From an uncultured delta proteobacterium (lineage in GTDB: Bacteria > Desulfobacterota > Binatia > UBA9968), in assembly GCA_963755715.1 (NCBI GenBank), contig CAVWLW010000035.1, positions 1-53,288 of the forward strand: a stretch of 53,288 nt of DNA, in the 5' to 3' direction. This document shows, piece by piece, positions 30,083 through 39,764 of this stretch. The translations under genes and the position numbers were made by a program. Under the pieces are notes generated by a model. That model was not told where the DNA came from. It saw only the letters and a list, made by a program, of their open reading frames with translations, and ran no database searches. Each line of letters starts with the position of its first letter. The first letter of the stretch is position 1.

Positions 30083-30124
30083 GACGGAAGCAATGACTCT
30101 ACGAGAGCGGATAAGAGTGATTAA

Positions 30125-30411
30125 GTGAGTAAAGCAAGCGAATTGGCGACCATTGAGCAGACAGTCCATGTTTTTGAAGCGAATGGGTTTGCGTTGGCTG
30201 AGCGTCGGCGCGTTCAGCAGGTGACCGCCACCAGTCTTGCCGAGTTCGCTAAGCGGAACGCAGATGCGCGCGGACACCTCTGTTGCGCTGATTTCAGATT
30301 CGGGCTTTCGGAAGGGACAGGTAGCGATCGAGCGGTCGGCTGCTCGCGAGCGCATTCCCATACCTGTTATGGAAGTCATCCGAGCTCCTGGTTTTTCAGA
30401 GCGCTGCCTAA
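30125..30411 (+). pseudogene. C-terminal remnant of a class I methyltransferase cassette gene
   Basis: VFEANGF...SLAEFAKR / RADTSVALISDSGF..GQ / ELLVFQSAA*; frameshifted; the stop TAA lies within GCCTAAC. Confidence 0.55.
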
Positions 30412-30473
30412 CCCGCGCTTACAGACAGGCGGCGCTTTGTGCGATCGTGAAGCGAAGCGGCTGAAGCGCACAC
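30406..30473 (+). mobile_element. attC site truncated just before R'
   Basis: GCCTAAC-CCGCGCTTACAG ... GCGGCTGAAGCGCACAC, followed by AAGATTGAACT in place of GTTAGGC. Confidence 0.7.
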
Positions 30474-30504
30474 AAGATTGAACTTTCTAATTGCAGCCCA
30501 AATG

Positions 30505-30649
30505 TTTGTCCGCCTTTTGTCCGCGTACCAGAAACAACAAGCCCCAAGAACTGCCGGTATAGGCAGCGCTCGGGGCTTGGTTTTGTTGGGCTTTGACGGC
30601 GGTTTTAGGATCTAGTCACGATTGATTTTTGAATGGCATTCAAGTGGTC
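30505..30649 (+). mobile_element. att-like end of an integrative element containing a tRNA-Ala(GGC) anticodon-arm fragment
   Basis: TTGAATGGCATTCAAGtGGTC (30629-30649) matches the tRNA-Ala GGC anticodon arm; preceded by a TTTGTCCGC direct repeat (30505, 30516) and an AAGCCCC/GGGGCTT hairpin. Confidence 0.6.
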
Positions 30650-30712
30650 CGACTTCCGTTCTGGCTAACCGACGATTATTTCAGATCCGATCGTTGAAGC
30701 CAGCACTCCAGG

Positions 30713-30735
30713 ATTGAATTGATTTCTCCTTCAAA
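30713..30735. repeat. Half copy of the bipartite element overlapping the rnr stop codon
   Basis: ATTGAATTGATTTCTCCTTCAAA, 22/23 identical to 15659-15681. Confidence 0.7.
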
Positions 30736-32914
30736 TCGACAAAAGACTCTTGGATCGACCCTTTTCACCTGACTGAACCAACTCGAAATCAATCTCGCTC
30801 CGAAACGCATTGATCCGCACTACTTTCACGCGCACGTTGTCGCCTAACCGGAACTTTCGTCCATGCCGGCGGCCTTTGATCACGTATTCTTTCTCGTAGT
30901 AATCGTAGTCATCGTCTCCGAGGGATGAGAGTTTTACCAGTCCTTCGATGAAGTAGTTATCTAGCTCCACGAAAAAACCGAAATTTGCCAGGCTGTTGAT
31001 GAAGCCGGTGAACTCTTCGCCTATTTTATTCATCATGAACTGGGCTTTTTTGAGACCGACCATTTCACGCTCGGCGTCCATGGCATGGCGCTCGCGCTCG
31101 GAGGTGTGTTTGCCAGCTTCTTGTAACGAGCGGAGCAGATCTTCTTTCTCGTTCGGTTTGAGTTTATCGCCGCGCATTACACGGTCGAGCATGCGGTGTA
31201 CGATCAGATCGGGATAGCGGCGGATCGGCGAAGTGAAATGGGTGTAGCACGTCGATGCCAAGCCGAAGTGGCCGATGTTCTTGGGCTGATAGATCGCCTG
31301 TTTCATCGACCGTAATAGCACGCGATTGATGACCCGCTCTTCCGGTTTGCCGCGCGCGGATTCGAGAAGTCTTTGGATCTCCAACGGTGCGATGTTCTCC
31401 ATTTTCTGCGGCAAGCGGTAGCCCAGGCTTAAGAGAAACGGCGCCAGTGCTTCGAGCGCTTCTTGATCCGGCCCTTCGTGTACGCGGTAAAGCGTAGGAA
31501 AATCTTTCTCTGTCAGGTGGCGCGCCACCGCTTCGTTGGCGGCGATCATGAACTCCTCGATGATTCGGTGCGCGATATTGCGTTCGGCGCGAATGATATT
31601 CTCGGGCACGCCTTGCAGGTCGAGAATAATTTCGGCTTCCGGTAGATCGAAGTCGAGATTGCCGCGCGCGCGCCGCCGCTCATAAATCAATCGCGCAAGT
31701 TCCTCCATGAGCTGGAATTCACCCATCAGGTTTCGATAGCGCTCCAGGCATTGCGGATCTTTGTCGACCAAAATGCGCCGCACGTTGGTGTAAGTCATGC
31801 GCTCGTGGCTGCGGATCACCGAATTGAAAAAGCGGCTGCGGATCACTTCGCCTTTGGCGTTGAGCTCGATACAGACGCTTTTGGTCAAACGGTCTTCATT
31901 GGGGTTCAGGCTACAGATTCCATTGGATAGCGCTTCCGGCAGCATCGGAATCGCGCGATCGGGAAAGTAAACGCTCGTGGCGCGCGTGTAGGCCTCCTGG
32001 TCCAAGGCCGTCTCAGGCGTGACATAATGCGCCACGTCGGCGATCGAGACGTAAAGCTCGTAGTGATCGCCCTGTTTGCGCACGTAAACCGCGTCGTCGA
32101 AGTCACGCGCGTTTTCGCCGTCGATGGTCACGATCGGCAATCCCCGCAAGTCGGTGCGCGCGGCGACTTCTTCCGGCGCAATCGAATAGGAAACCTGATT
32201 TGCGGCGCGGTGGACTTCCGGAGGAAAACTTGTCGTGAGGCCGTACCGAAATAGGATGGATTGCGCCTGCACTTCCGGATCGTCGGGGTCGCCCATGACA
32301 TTGACCACGTGAGCTTCCGGCGGTGACATGGCTGTGCCGTAGCGGGAAATTTCAGCGGCGACGACTTTACCTTTTTCCGGCTTCACCGCGCCTGGCTTGA
32401 GCGGAATGGCGCCGATGCGCGCGTCCATGGGGACCAGGAAGCCCTTGCCGTTCAACTCATCGTAAGTTCCGAGCAGGCGTTTTTGGCCGCGCTCCAAGAC
32501 TTGCACGATATGGGTTTCAGGTTTGCCGCGGGATTTCCGATCGACGCGCACCAGCACTTGATCGCCGTGCATGACGCGGCGCATCTCGCGACGATTTAAA
32601 TAAAGATCTTCCGTGTCTCGCTCTTCGGCAATCAAGAATCCGTAACCGTCGGGGTGGGCGTGGACTCTGCCTTTGACGAGATGCTGGCGGTCGGGCAGGG
32701 CGTAGTGATTCTTTTTCAGCCGAACCAACCGGCCGCTACGGCACAAGTCGCGCAGCGTGTCGATGACGGACTGGAGCTCGTCGCGGGCGAAGCCGGCACG
32801 CCGGAGGATTTCCGCGGGCGTGAGCCGTTCCCTAGGTTTGTTGGCGAACAGCTCGAGAATTTTTCTCTGCGCCTTCGATTCGGACGCGGATTCAAGATGG
32901 GGCAGGGATGTCAT
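30731..32914 (-). CDS. rnr: Ribonuclease R
   Basis: HPDGYGF, TIDGENARDFDDA, IEEFMIAAN, YTHFTSPIRRYPDL, C-terminal S1 domain. Confidence 0.97.
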   Translation of the reverse strand: MTSLPHLESASESKAQRKILELFANKPRERLTPAEILRRAGFARDELQSVIDTLRDLCRSGRLVRLKKNHYALPDRQHLVKGRVHAHPDGYGFLIAEERDTEDLYLNRREMRRVMHGDQVLVRVDRKSRGKPETHIVQVLERGQKRLLGTYDELNGKGFLVPMDARIGAIPLKPGAVKPEKGKVVAAEISRYGTAMSPPEAHVVNVMGDPDDPEVQAQSILFRYGLTTSFPPEVHRAANQVSYSIAPEEVAARTDLRGLPIVTIDGENARDFDDAVYVRKQGDHYELYVSIADVAHYVTPETALDQEAYTRATSVYFPDRAIPMLPEALSNGICSLNPNEDRLTKSVCIELNAKGEVIRSRFFNSVIRSHERMTYTNVRRILVDKDPQCLERYRNLMGEFQLMEELARLIYERRRARGNLDFDLPEAEIILDLQGVPENIIRAERNIAHRIIEEFMIAANEAVARHLTEKDFPTLYRVHEGPDQEALEALAPFLLSLGYRLPQKMENIAPLEIQRLLESARGKPEERVINRVLLRSMKQAIYQPKNIGHFGLASTCYTHFTSPIRRYPDLIVHRMLDRVMRGDKLKPNEKEDLLRSLQEAGKHTSERERHAMDAEREMVGLKKAQFMMNKIGEEFTGFINSLANFGFFVELDNYFIEGLVKLSSLGDDDYDYYEKEYVIKGRRHGRKFRLGDNVRVKVVRINAFRSEIDFELVQSGEKGRSKSLLSI

Positions 32915-32997
32915 ACACAATTGTGAGCTGAGTCGGGCGTTTCTCAATTCGCGACGCTGTGCGCCGCTTGGCGAACTGCGACGACCCTAAATCCAGT

Positions 32998-33267
32998 TTA
33001 TCGGTTGGATGGCTCCGCCGCTAGCTCGACCATAAACCAATCGTCTTGGACGTTGGCGGGCCGGGCAATTTCCCGAAGCGGTACTTCTCTTTCGAGAGAC
33101 GCCAAGATCGCGCGCGCGACAGCAACGAAGTCGTTCATGGCGAGCAGCACGATGATCGCTTTTTTGCGATCCACTGTGCGAATGATGCCGACTTCTTCGT
33201 AGGACTCGAAGATAAATTTTATGTAGGCGATGTGCTCGGCGGCCACTTCGAGATAAAATTCCTGCAT
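32998..33267 (-). CDS. DUF4911 domain protein
   Basis: IAYIKFIFESYEEVGIIRTVD. Confidence 0.85.
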   Translation of the reverse strand: MQEFYLEVAAEHIAYIKFIFESYEEVGIIRTVDRKKAIIVLLAMNDFVAVARAILASLEREVPLREIARPANVQDDWFMVELAAEPSNR

Positions 33268-33284
33268 GGTGATTCTACCCGGCG

Positions 33285-35951
33285 CTAGCGATTGAGAAAG
33301 CGCTCGAGCGCGTCGGGCAGCCAGCGTTTGGTCTCCTTCGGTTCTTGGCCGGGTTTTGTTTCCACGTCCTTGTCGTCGCCGCGGCCGGCGCGCAGGGCTT
33401 GCGCCAAGGCGCGATTTTCGAGGCGGATTCTGACGTTTGGAATCTTGCCCTCGAGACGAAACGAGATCGGCAGCCGGCCGCGCCGATCCAATAGATACCG
33501 GATGATGCGGTAGTCGCGTTGTATCTCCTGCGTCAGACGCGGTGATAAAAGCAATATACCGTTCCAGTTGGTCGATCGGTCGAAGCCGACCGAGCCGGTG
33601 CCGGTGATTGTATAATCGGGAGTCGTGATCACGAGATCTTCGGTGCGCACGCGTGTTTTTTCGACAGTGAAAGTTGCCTTCAACGAATCGAAGGTGGTAT
33701 CGCGTCGGGCGATCAAACCGGCAAAGCCGGGCGGCAGCCGGGACGCGGCTTCGGCCGAGACGCCGGCGCCGCTGCCTCGAAGTAAAAGTTGGCTCAGCAA
33801 GTTGAAATCTTTGATCACACCCTGCTGCACCGACGCTTCGCCGTTTCCTTTGAGAGCCTCTTTGACGCCGATGCCGTCGGTGGGGGCCGCGTCAAAGTGC
33901 GCGCGTCCCTGAAGCTGCCCGTCGAATTTGCCCACAAGCGGCGGAAAAAGCTGCGCGAGCAAAGCGCGCATTTCCATGGCCTCGATTTGAGAAGAAAACT
34001 CGATTTGCTGCGGCTGCTCGCCGCCACCCGCCCAATAACCGTCGGAGCGCAGCCGGCCGTTCAGCACTTGCGCGGACAGATTCTTGAACGTGAAACCCGC
34101 CGCGGTCAAAACCACGTCGGCGCGAAGGTCACGAAAGCCGAACTGAAACAGGCTGCCTTGCTGGGAGGACACCGATCCGGTGAGCACCACTTGTTCGTTC
34201 TGCAATTGAATCTTGCCTTGGGCATTGACGTTGGCCAGTTGAACGGGAGGACTCGGAGTTTGCAAGGGCAGGTCGTCAAGATACAAATCCGCCGAACGCA
34301 GTTTATAGTTTACGGCGGGCTCGAGCAGGTTTGCCATGGTGCCATCGAGCAGGAGCGTCGATCGACCGACGCGAAACGTCACCTGATCGAAGCGCGCTTG
34401 TTTACCGATAAAGGACAACTTGGCATTGAGATTTTCGATTCTTGCGCCGGTTGTTTTTTGCCTGAACGCCGCTTCCGTAATTCTTAGCTGGCCGCGAACG
34501 CCCCAGTTCTCATCCGCCGGCGATAAACTCTTTTCGATCGCGATTTGCCAATCGGCCGTGCCGGCCAGCGCGATGTACGCGGGAGAGCTGACGAGCCTGC
34601 TCAAGCCGGCCAGAGAGCTTTGTGCGCTCTCCAAATTGAGCCGGAGCCGCGGCGTGCTGGCGTAATCGATAGCGCCGGAAAAACCGATCCGGTTGGCGCC
34701 GACGGCGAGCTGGGATGGATGAAATATAAGTTTTTTATTTTGCCGCGTGATTTGGGTTTTAATCTCAGCGGGGGCGTCGGCGGGCTTGCGCAGCGACTCC
34801 TTGTAGCGCAACTCCGCTTTATCGGCGCGCACGAGCGCGCCAATGCGCAGGTTTTCCCACGTGCCTTCGAAGCGGCTGTAAATTCCAACCGTGCCATCGG
34901 TGAGCAATGCGGCCGGCAGGTTTTGCTCGAAAAACTTAAGCGGGCGCAAACGCAACAGCGCGAGCGGCTCGACGACCAGCTTGCCTTGGATCGCGGCGTC
35001 TTCCCACAGGCGGCGCTCGGTGAACTGAATGCTGCCGTCGACGACGGCATTGTAATCCGAAGAGCCGAACAAGGGGATTTTCAGTGTGAAGCTGTCAATG
35101 CGCGGGCGCTCTACAGTGCCGCCCGCCTTGGCCTGAAGCGCCATCGGACCGGTCACGTCGAGTTCTTCGGGAATCTTGTCTCTCAGCGCGGCGATCGCGC
35201 GCGCGACCACGGGAACGTGGAGCGAGTCGAGGCGAATATTCAGATCGATAGGGCGGTGCAGCCAAGAAGGATCGCTCGGCACCGGCTCGAGCCGTCCGTC
35301 GATCCTCACGTCTTGGCTCAGCCCCTCGGTGAGCGATGCCGCGAAAGTGATCTGGGTCGCCTGCTGGCGCGCAAATCCCTTGAGCCGCATCGAAATATTC
35401 TTCATTCTGATCTCTGCGGGTGCCTTGACCGAGCGATCGACATATTCGATGCGGCCGTCGCGGACTCGGATGTCGCTGATTAGAAAGCTCACGGCGCTGT
35501 GCTTCGGCTCGGCTGGAACCGGCGGCACTTTGGAAAACCCGCGCAATTCGTTTTTTCGATTCAGCAGCGTCGTCAGGTTCAGCGCGCCGGTTTCGTCGGT
35601 AATGATCTGAAATTCAGCTCCATTGAAAATCAGTTTGTCGATGACAAGTCGGCGAAAAAGAAGATTCCACAAGCTTATGCCAAGAACGAGTTCGCGTGCG
35701 TGCAGCAGCGGCGTCGCCGCGAAACGCGGATCGTCGGCGATGCGAAACTCCGTGGCGACAAAGCCGAGCTGGCCGAGCCAATGAACCTCCAGACTGTTGA
35801 AATTGACGTTCTTGCCGAGGACTTTTTGCAGCTCTTGCTGCACCTGATCGCGATTTCTGACCGCGAGGACGTTGAAAGTTTGCACGAGCACGATCGCCGC
35901 AATCACAAGGACGACGGCGAGTGCGGCAAGAATTTTTTGCGGGCGTTTCAT
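33285..35951 (-). CDS. AsmA family protein
   Basis: N-terminal anchor, IADDPRF..PLL, long beta-rich body, AsmA C-terminal G.IKDFNL...T.FDSL. Confidence 0.88.
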   Translation of the reverse strand: MKRPQKILAALAVVLVIAAIVLVQTFNVLAVRNRDQVQQELQKVLGKNVNFNSLEVHWLGQLGFVATEFRIADDPRFAATPLLHARELVLGISLWNLLFRRLVIDKLIFNGAEFQIITDETGALNLTTLLNRKNELRGFSKVPPVPAEPKHSAVSFLISDIRVRDGRIEYVDRSVKAPAEIRMKNISMRLKGFARQQATQITFAASLTEGLSQDVRIDGRLEPVPSDPSWLHRPIDLNIRLDSLHVPVVARAIAALRDKIPEELDVTGPMALQAKAGGTVERPRIDSFTLKIPLFGSSDYNAVVDGSIQFTERRLWEDAAIQGKLVVEPLALLRLRPLKFFEQNLPAALLTDGTVGIYSRFEGTWENLRIGALVRADKAELRYKESLRKPADAPAEIKTQITRQNKKLIFHPSQLAVGANRIGFSGAIDYASTPRLRLNLESAQSSLAGLSRLVSSPAYIALAGTADWQIAIEKSLSPADENWGVRGQLRITEAAFRQKTTGARIENLNAKLSFIGKQARFDQVTFRVGRSTLLLDGTMANLLEPAVNYKLRSADLYLDDLPLQTPSPPVQLANVNAQGKIQLQNEQVVLTGSVSSQQGSLFQFGFRDLRADVVLTAAGFTFKNLSAQVLNGRLRSDGYWAGGGEQPQQIEFSSQIEAMEMRALLAQLFPPLVGKFDGQLQGRAHFDAAPTDGIGVKEALKGNGEASVQQGVIKDFNLLSQLLLRGSGAGVSAEAASRLPPGFAGLIARRDTTFDSLKATFTVEKTRVRTEDLVITTPDYTITGTGSVGFDRSTNWNGILLLSPRLTQEIQRDYRIIRYLLDRRGRLPISFRLEGKIPNVRIRLENRALAQALRAGRGDDKDVETKPGQEPKETKRWLPDALERFLNR

Positions 35952-36091
35952 CGCGTAAGCGATGGCTGAGCAGAGGCAATGCGCGGGGCGGAGCAACGAG
36001 TTACGTTCGGACGCCGAAACTTACTGAAGACCGCGGCACCGGCTTACGATAGCGCTTCGCTTTGCGGGATTCAATCAGAGGATCGGCGCGT

Positions 36092-37297
36092 TCAGTGGTT
36101 GATCCGTTCGACGATCGTCGCGATGCCCTGGCCGACACCGATGCACATGGTGGCAAGGCCGTAGCGGCTGCCGCGCTTGCGCATTTCATGGATCAACGTC
36201 GTCATGATGCGCGCGCCGCTGCAACCGAGGGGATGGCCGAGGGCGATGGCACCGCCGTTGACGTTCAACTTATCGAGATCGATGCCGAGCTCGCGCGCGC
36301 AGGCGAGCACCTGAGAGGCGAAAGCTTCGTTCAATTCGACCAGATCGATCTGCTCGATGCTCAAGCCGGCGCGCTTGAGCGCCTTTTGCGTCGCCGGGAT
36401 CGGCCCGATGCCCATATAGTTGGGATGAACGCCGGCGGCGGCAGAAGCGACAATGCGTGCGAGCGGCTTGAGCTTTAGTTGCGCGGCCTTCTGCGGCGTC
36501 GTTACCAGCAGCGCCGCGGCGCCGTCGGAAAGCGGTGAAGAGTTTCCCGCGGTCACAGTGCCGCCTTTTTTGAACGAAGCTTGCAGACCGGCAAGGATTT
36601 CCAAAGAAGTGTCGGCGCGTGGCCCCTCGTCCTTTTCGTGCACCAGCGGCGCGCCTTTGCGCTGAGGAATTTCAAACGGAATGATCTCGTCTTTGAGGCG
36701 GCCGTCTTTATGCGCTTTGAGAGCTTTTTGGTGGCTGGCTAGCGCCAACTTGTCCTGATCTTCTCTGCTGACATGATATTTGTCCGCGACGTTTTCCGCT
36801 GTCTCGCCGTTGTTGATCAGCGAGTAAAGCTCCGCCATGCGCTTGTTGGGAAAGCGCCAGCCGAGCGAGCTGTCGTACATTTGCACATCGCCGCGCTGGT
36901 ACGCGTTGGCCGGCTTACCCATGACCCAAGGACCGCGGGTCATGCTCTCGACGCCGCCGGCAACAAAAAGATCACCGTGATCGGTTTCCACGGCGCGTCC
37001 CGCTTGATTGATCGCTTCGAGGCCCGAGCCGCACAGGCGATTGACCGTCGCGCCGGGAATTGTGTAAGGCAGGCCGGCAAGCAGCGCCGCGTTGCGTGCG
37101 ACGTTGCGCGAGTCTTCGCCCGCCTGATTGGTGCAGCCGAAGTAGACGTCTTCGATCTCTTCTTTATTGATGCCGGTCTTTTCGACGAGCTTCGCAATGA
37201 TAAACGCGGCGAGATCGTCGGTGCGAACGTCTTTGAAAATGCCGCCGTGGCGGCCCATCGGCGTGCGCACGGCTTCAACGATAACGGCTTCTCTCAT
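36092..37297 (-). CDS. paaJ: 3-oxoadipyl-CoA thiolase (PaaJ/PcaF type)
   Basis: [35 protein letters not shown]; paaFGH context. Confidence 0.88.
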   Translation of the reverse strand: MREAVIVEAVRTPMGRHGGIFKDVRTDDLAAFIIAKLVEKTGINKEEIEDVYFGCTNQAGEDSRNVARNAALLAGLPYTIPGATVNRLCGSGLEAINQAGRAVETDHGDLFVAGGVESMTRGPWVMGKPANAYQRGDVQMYDSSLGWRFPNKRMAELYSLINNGETAENVADKYHVSREDQDKLALASHQKALKAHKDGRLKDEIIPFEIPQRKGAPLVHEKDEGPRADTSLEILAGLQASFKKGGTVTAGNSSPLSDGAAALLVTTPQKAAQLKLKPLARIVASAAAGVHPNYMGIGPIPATQKALKRAGLSIEQIDLVELNEAFASQVLACARELGIDLDKLNVNGGAIALGHPLGCSGARIMTTLIHEMRKRGSRYGLATMCIGVGQGIATIVERINH

Positions 37298-38040
37298 GGC
37301 TTCACCTGACCTTCCTTGTACGTGTAGAATCCTCTACCGCTGGGCTCGCCGAGAAAGCCGGCGATGACGAGTTTTTTCATCAGCGGTGCGGGACGATAAC
37401 GATCGTCGCCGGTTTCGCGCTGCAATCCTTCGAGCACCGCGAGGACTTCGTCCAAGCCGATCTGATCGGCCCACTTGAGCGGGCCCTGCGGGTAATTGAC
37501 GCCGAGCCGCATGGCCACATCGATCTCTTCGGCCGAAGCGACGCCTTCTTCCAGGCTCCGTGCCGCCTCATTGATAATTAAACTCAAAATGCGCGGAAAA
37601 GTAAGCCCAGGGGTATCTTTCACCCGCACGGATTCTTTGCCGAGCGCTTTGAACAACTGTTCCACCTGCTCGAGCGCCGGCTCGGCGGTGCGCAGGCCCG
37701 CGGCCAATTCGATCAGGCGGCGATCCTTGAGCGGGTAAAACGTCGCGAAGCCGACAACCCGTTCAGGTTTTTTGAGCCACGAAGCCATCTGCGTCGTCGA
37801 GAATCGCAAGCAGGAAGTCACGATCACCGAGGACGCCGGCAGAGACGCGTCGAGTCGCTGGAGCAGCGCGCGCTTTTTGTCTTCGGCGCCGGTCTCGCTA
37901 TCGATCACGAAATTCGTCGTCGAGCCAACCGCGGTGGCGTCGCTGAGAGGCGTCGCCTCAAGACTCTTGGCTTGAGCCAACGCGAGCAACTCGTCCGCTA
38001 ACCGGCTTTTGCCGATGATCGCGACGCTACTTTTTGTCAT
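37294..38040 (-). CDS. 3-hydroxyacyl-CoA dehydrogenase, C-terminal half-like protein
   Basis: Degenerate NAD domain, [33 protein letters not shown]. Confidence 0.85.
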   Translation of the reverse strand: MTKSSVAIIGKSRLADELLALAQAKSLEATPLSDATAVGSTTNFVIDSETGAEDKKRALLQRLDASLPASSVIVTSCLRFSTTQMASWLKKPERVVGFATFYPLKDRRLIELAAGLRTAEPALEQVEQLFKALGKESVRVKDTPGLTFPRILSLIINEAARSLEEGVASAEEIDVAMRLGVNYPQGPLKWADQIGLDEVLAVLEGLQRETGDDRYRPAPLMKKLVIAGFLGEPSGRGFYTYKEGQVKP

Positions 38041-38893
38041 AGTTGTAAAAACCCCGGCCGGTTTTGCGGCCGAGATTGCCGCCGGCCACCATGCGCTGCT
38101 GAATCGGACTCGGGCGAAAGCGCGGATCTTCGAAAAACGAGCGGTAGAGCGATTCGGTGGCGGCGAAATTGATATCGTTGCCGATCAAGTCCATGAGCTC
38201 GAAGGGGCCCATACGAAAATTGCCCGCTTCTTTCATGATGCGATCGATAGTTTCCACCGACGCGTCGCCGTCGCCGAGAATGCGCAAGCCTTCGTTGTAA
38301 AACGGCCGGGCCACCCGGTTGACGATGAAGCCGGGCGTGTCTTTGGCGCGCGCCGGCGTTTTGCCCATCGCTTTCATGAGCGCCGTGGCTTTCTCGATCG
38401 TCGCCGCGCTGGTGCGGTCACCCTGGATCACTTCGACCAGGGCCATCAGCGGCGGCGGATTAAAAAAATGCAAGCCCAAGACTCGTTCCTGGTTCTGTGT
38501 GCTGGCCGCGATCGCCGTGATGTTGAACGATGAAGTATTCGACGCCAGGAGCGTCTCCGGCGCGCAGATGGAATCCAGCTGCTTGAATATCTCGCGCTTG
38601 AGGTCGAGTTTTTCCGGCGCCGCTTCGATGACCAGAGTCGCTCCGTGGCAATCTTCCAAGCTTGTCGTCATGCGAAAACGATCGAGCGTTTCCTGCTCTT
38701 GCTCAGCGGTAATCCTGCCGCGTTCCCGGCTCCCTTTCAGAAAATTCTGCACCCGGGCCAAGCCCGCATCGATAAATTCTTGCTTGACGTCGTAAATAAT
38801 CGTTTCGAAGCCCGCCTGGGCGGCGACTTGCGCGATCCCGGCGCCCATGGTGCCGGCACCGAGGACGGCGATTTTTTCGGGTTTGTTAGCCAT
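38027..38893 (-). CDS. paaH: 3-hydroxyacyl-CoA dehydrogenase
   Basis: [39 protein letters not shown]. Confidence 0.9.
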   Translation of the reverse strand: MANKPEKIAVLGAGTMGAGIAQVAAQAGFETIIYDVKQEFIDAGLARVQNFLKGSRERGRITAEQEQETLDRFRMTTSLEDCHGATLVIEAAPEKLDLKREIFKQLDSICAPETLLASNTSSFNITAIAASTQNQERVLGLHFFNPPPLMALVEVIQGDRTSAATIEKATALMKAMGKTPARAKDTPGFIVNRVARPFYNEGLRILGDGDASVETIDRIMKEAGNFRMGPFELMDLIGNDINFAATESLYRSFFEDPRFRPSPIQQRMVAGGNLGRKTGRGFYNYDKK

Positions 38894-38910
38894 GATAAAT
38901 TTTCGTCGAG

Positions 38911-38966
38911 AGTCTAGTGTCTAGGTCCGGCGTTGAACTCAAGACGCTAGACTCCAAACGCTAAAC
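38911..38966. repeat. Intergenic heptamer-based palindrome
   Basis: GAGTCTAGTGTCT ... AGACGCTAGACTC. Confidence 0.65.
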
Positions 38967-38967
38967 G

Positions 38968-39747
38968 TTATTTTCCGGTAAACACCGGCGCGCGTTTTTC
39001 CAAGAACGCTTTCACGCCCTCGTCGTAGTCGGCGCTTCTGCCGGCGATTTCCTGTAAATGCGCTTCGTATTCGAGATCGCTTTCGAGATTCGCTAAATTC
39101 GCATGATTGACCGCGCGCTTGATGAGGCCGACGCCGCGCGGCGCGCGCGCCACCTGCTCGGCGATTGCTTTGGCGGACGCGGCGAATTCAGCGGCGGGAA
39201 AAACCCGCGCGACCAGACCGATGCGCTGCGCTTCTTTGGCGTCCACCGGATCGCCGAGGAGCAAAAGCTCCATCGCCTTGCTGAGGCCGACCAGCCGTGT
39301 GAGGATGAAACTGCCGCCGGAGTCCGGCGCCAAGCCGACGCGCACGAAGGACTGAATAAATTTCGCTTCTTCGGACGCAACGCGCAGATCGCAGGCGAGG
39401 GCGAAATTGCAACCGGCGCCGGCCGCGACGCCGTTGACGGCGGCGATCACAATCGTTTCCATCTGGCGGAGCTGGCGAATCATCGGGTTGTATTTCTCGC
39501 GCAGCGACGCGCCCAAAGAGCCTTTTTGTTCCGGCGTGCGGCCTTTCAGATCCTGGCCGGCGCAAAAGGCCCGGCCCGCGCCGGTGATCATCACGCAGCG
39601 CACTTCCTTGTCGCGCTCGCCGTCTTTCAGCGCTTCGAGAACTTCCTTGTTCATTTGCGGCACGAAGGCATTCAACGCTTGCGGCCGATTGAGCGTGATC
39701 GTGCCGACGCCGTTTAATTTCTCGTAAATAATTGTTTCGTAAGCCAC
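38968..39747 (-). CDS. paaG: Enoyl-CoA hydratase/isomerase (PaaG-like)
   Basis: GAGRAFCAGQDL, AVNGVAAGAG, FIQSFVRVGLAPDSGG. Confidence 0.82.
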   Translation of the reverse strand: MAYETIIYEKLNGVGTITLNRPQALNAFVPQMNKEVLEALKDGERDKEVRCVMITGAGRAFCAGQDLKGRTPEQKGSLGASLREKYNPMIRQLRQMETIVIAAVNGVAAGAGCNFALACDLRVASEEAKFIQSFVRVGLAPDSGGSFILTRLVGLSKAMELLLLGDPVDAKEAQRIGLVARVFPAAEFAASAKAIAEQVARAPRGVGLIKRAVNHANLANLESDLEYEAHLQEIAGRSADYDEGVKAFLEKRAPVFTGK

Positions 39748-39764
39748 GATGCGGGCTCGCTTGG

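Noticed and set aside
30629-30649. Intact tRNA-Ala gene
   Set aside because: Only the anticodon arm is present.
33789-35483. Long plus-strand ORFs (232 and 312 aa)
   Set aside because: Antisense shadows of the AsmA gene in GC-rich DNA, with no motifs.
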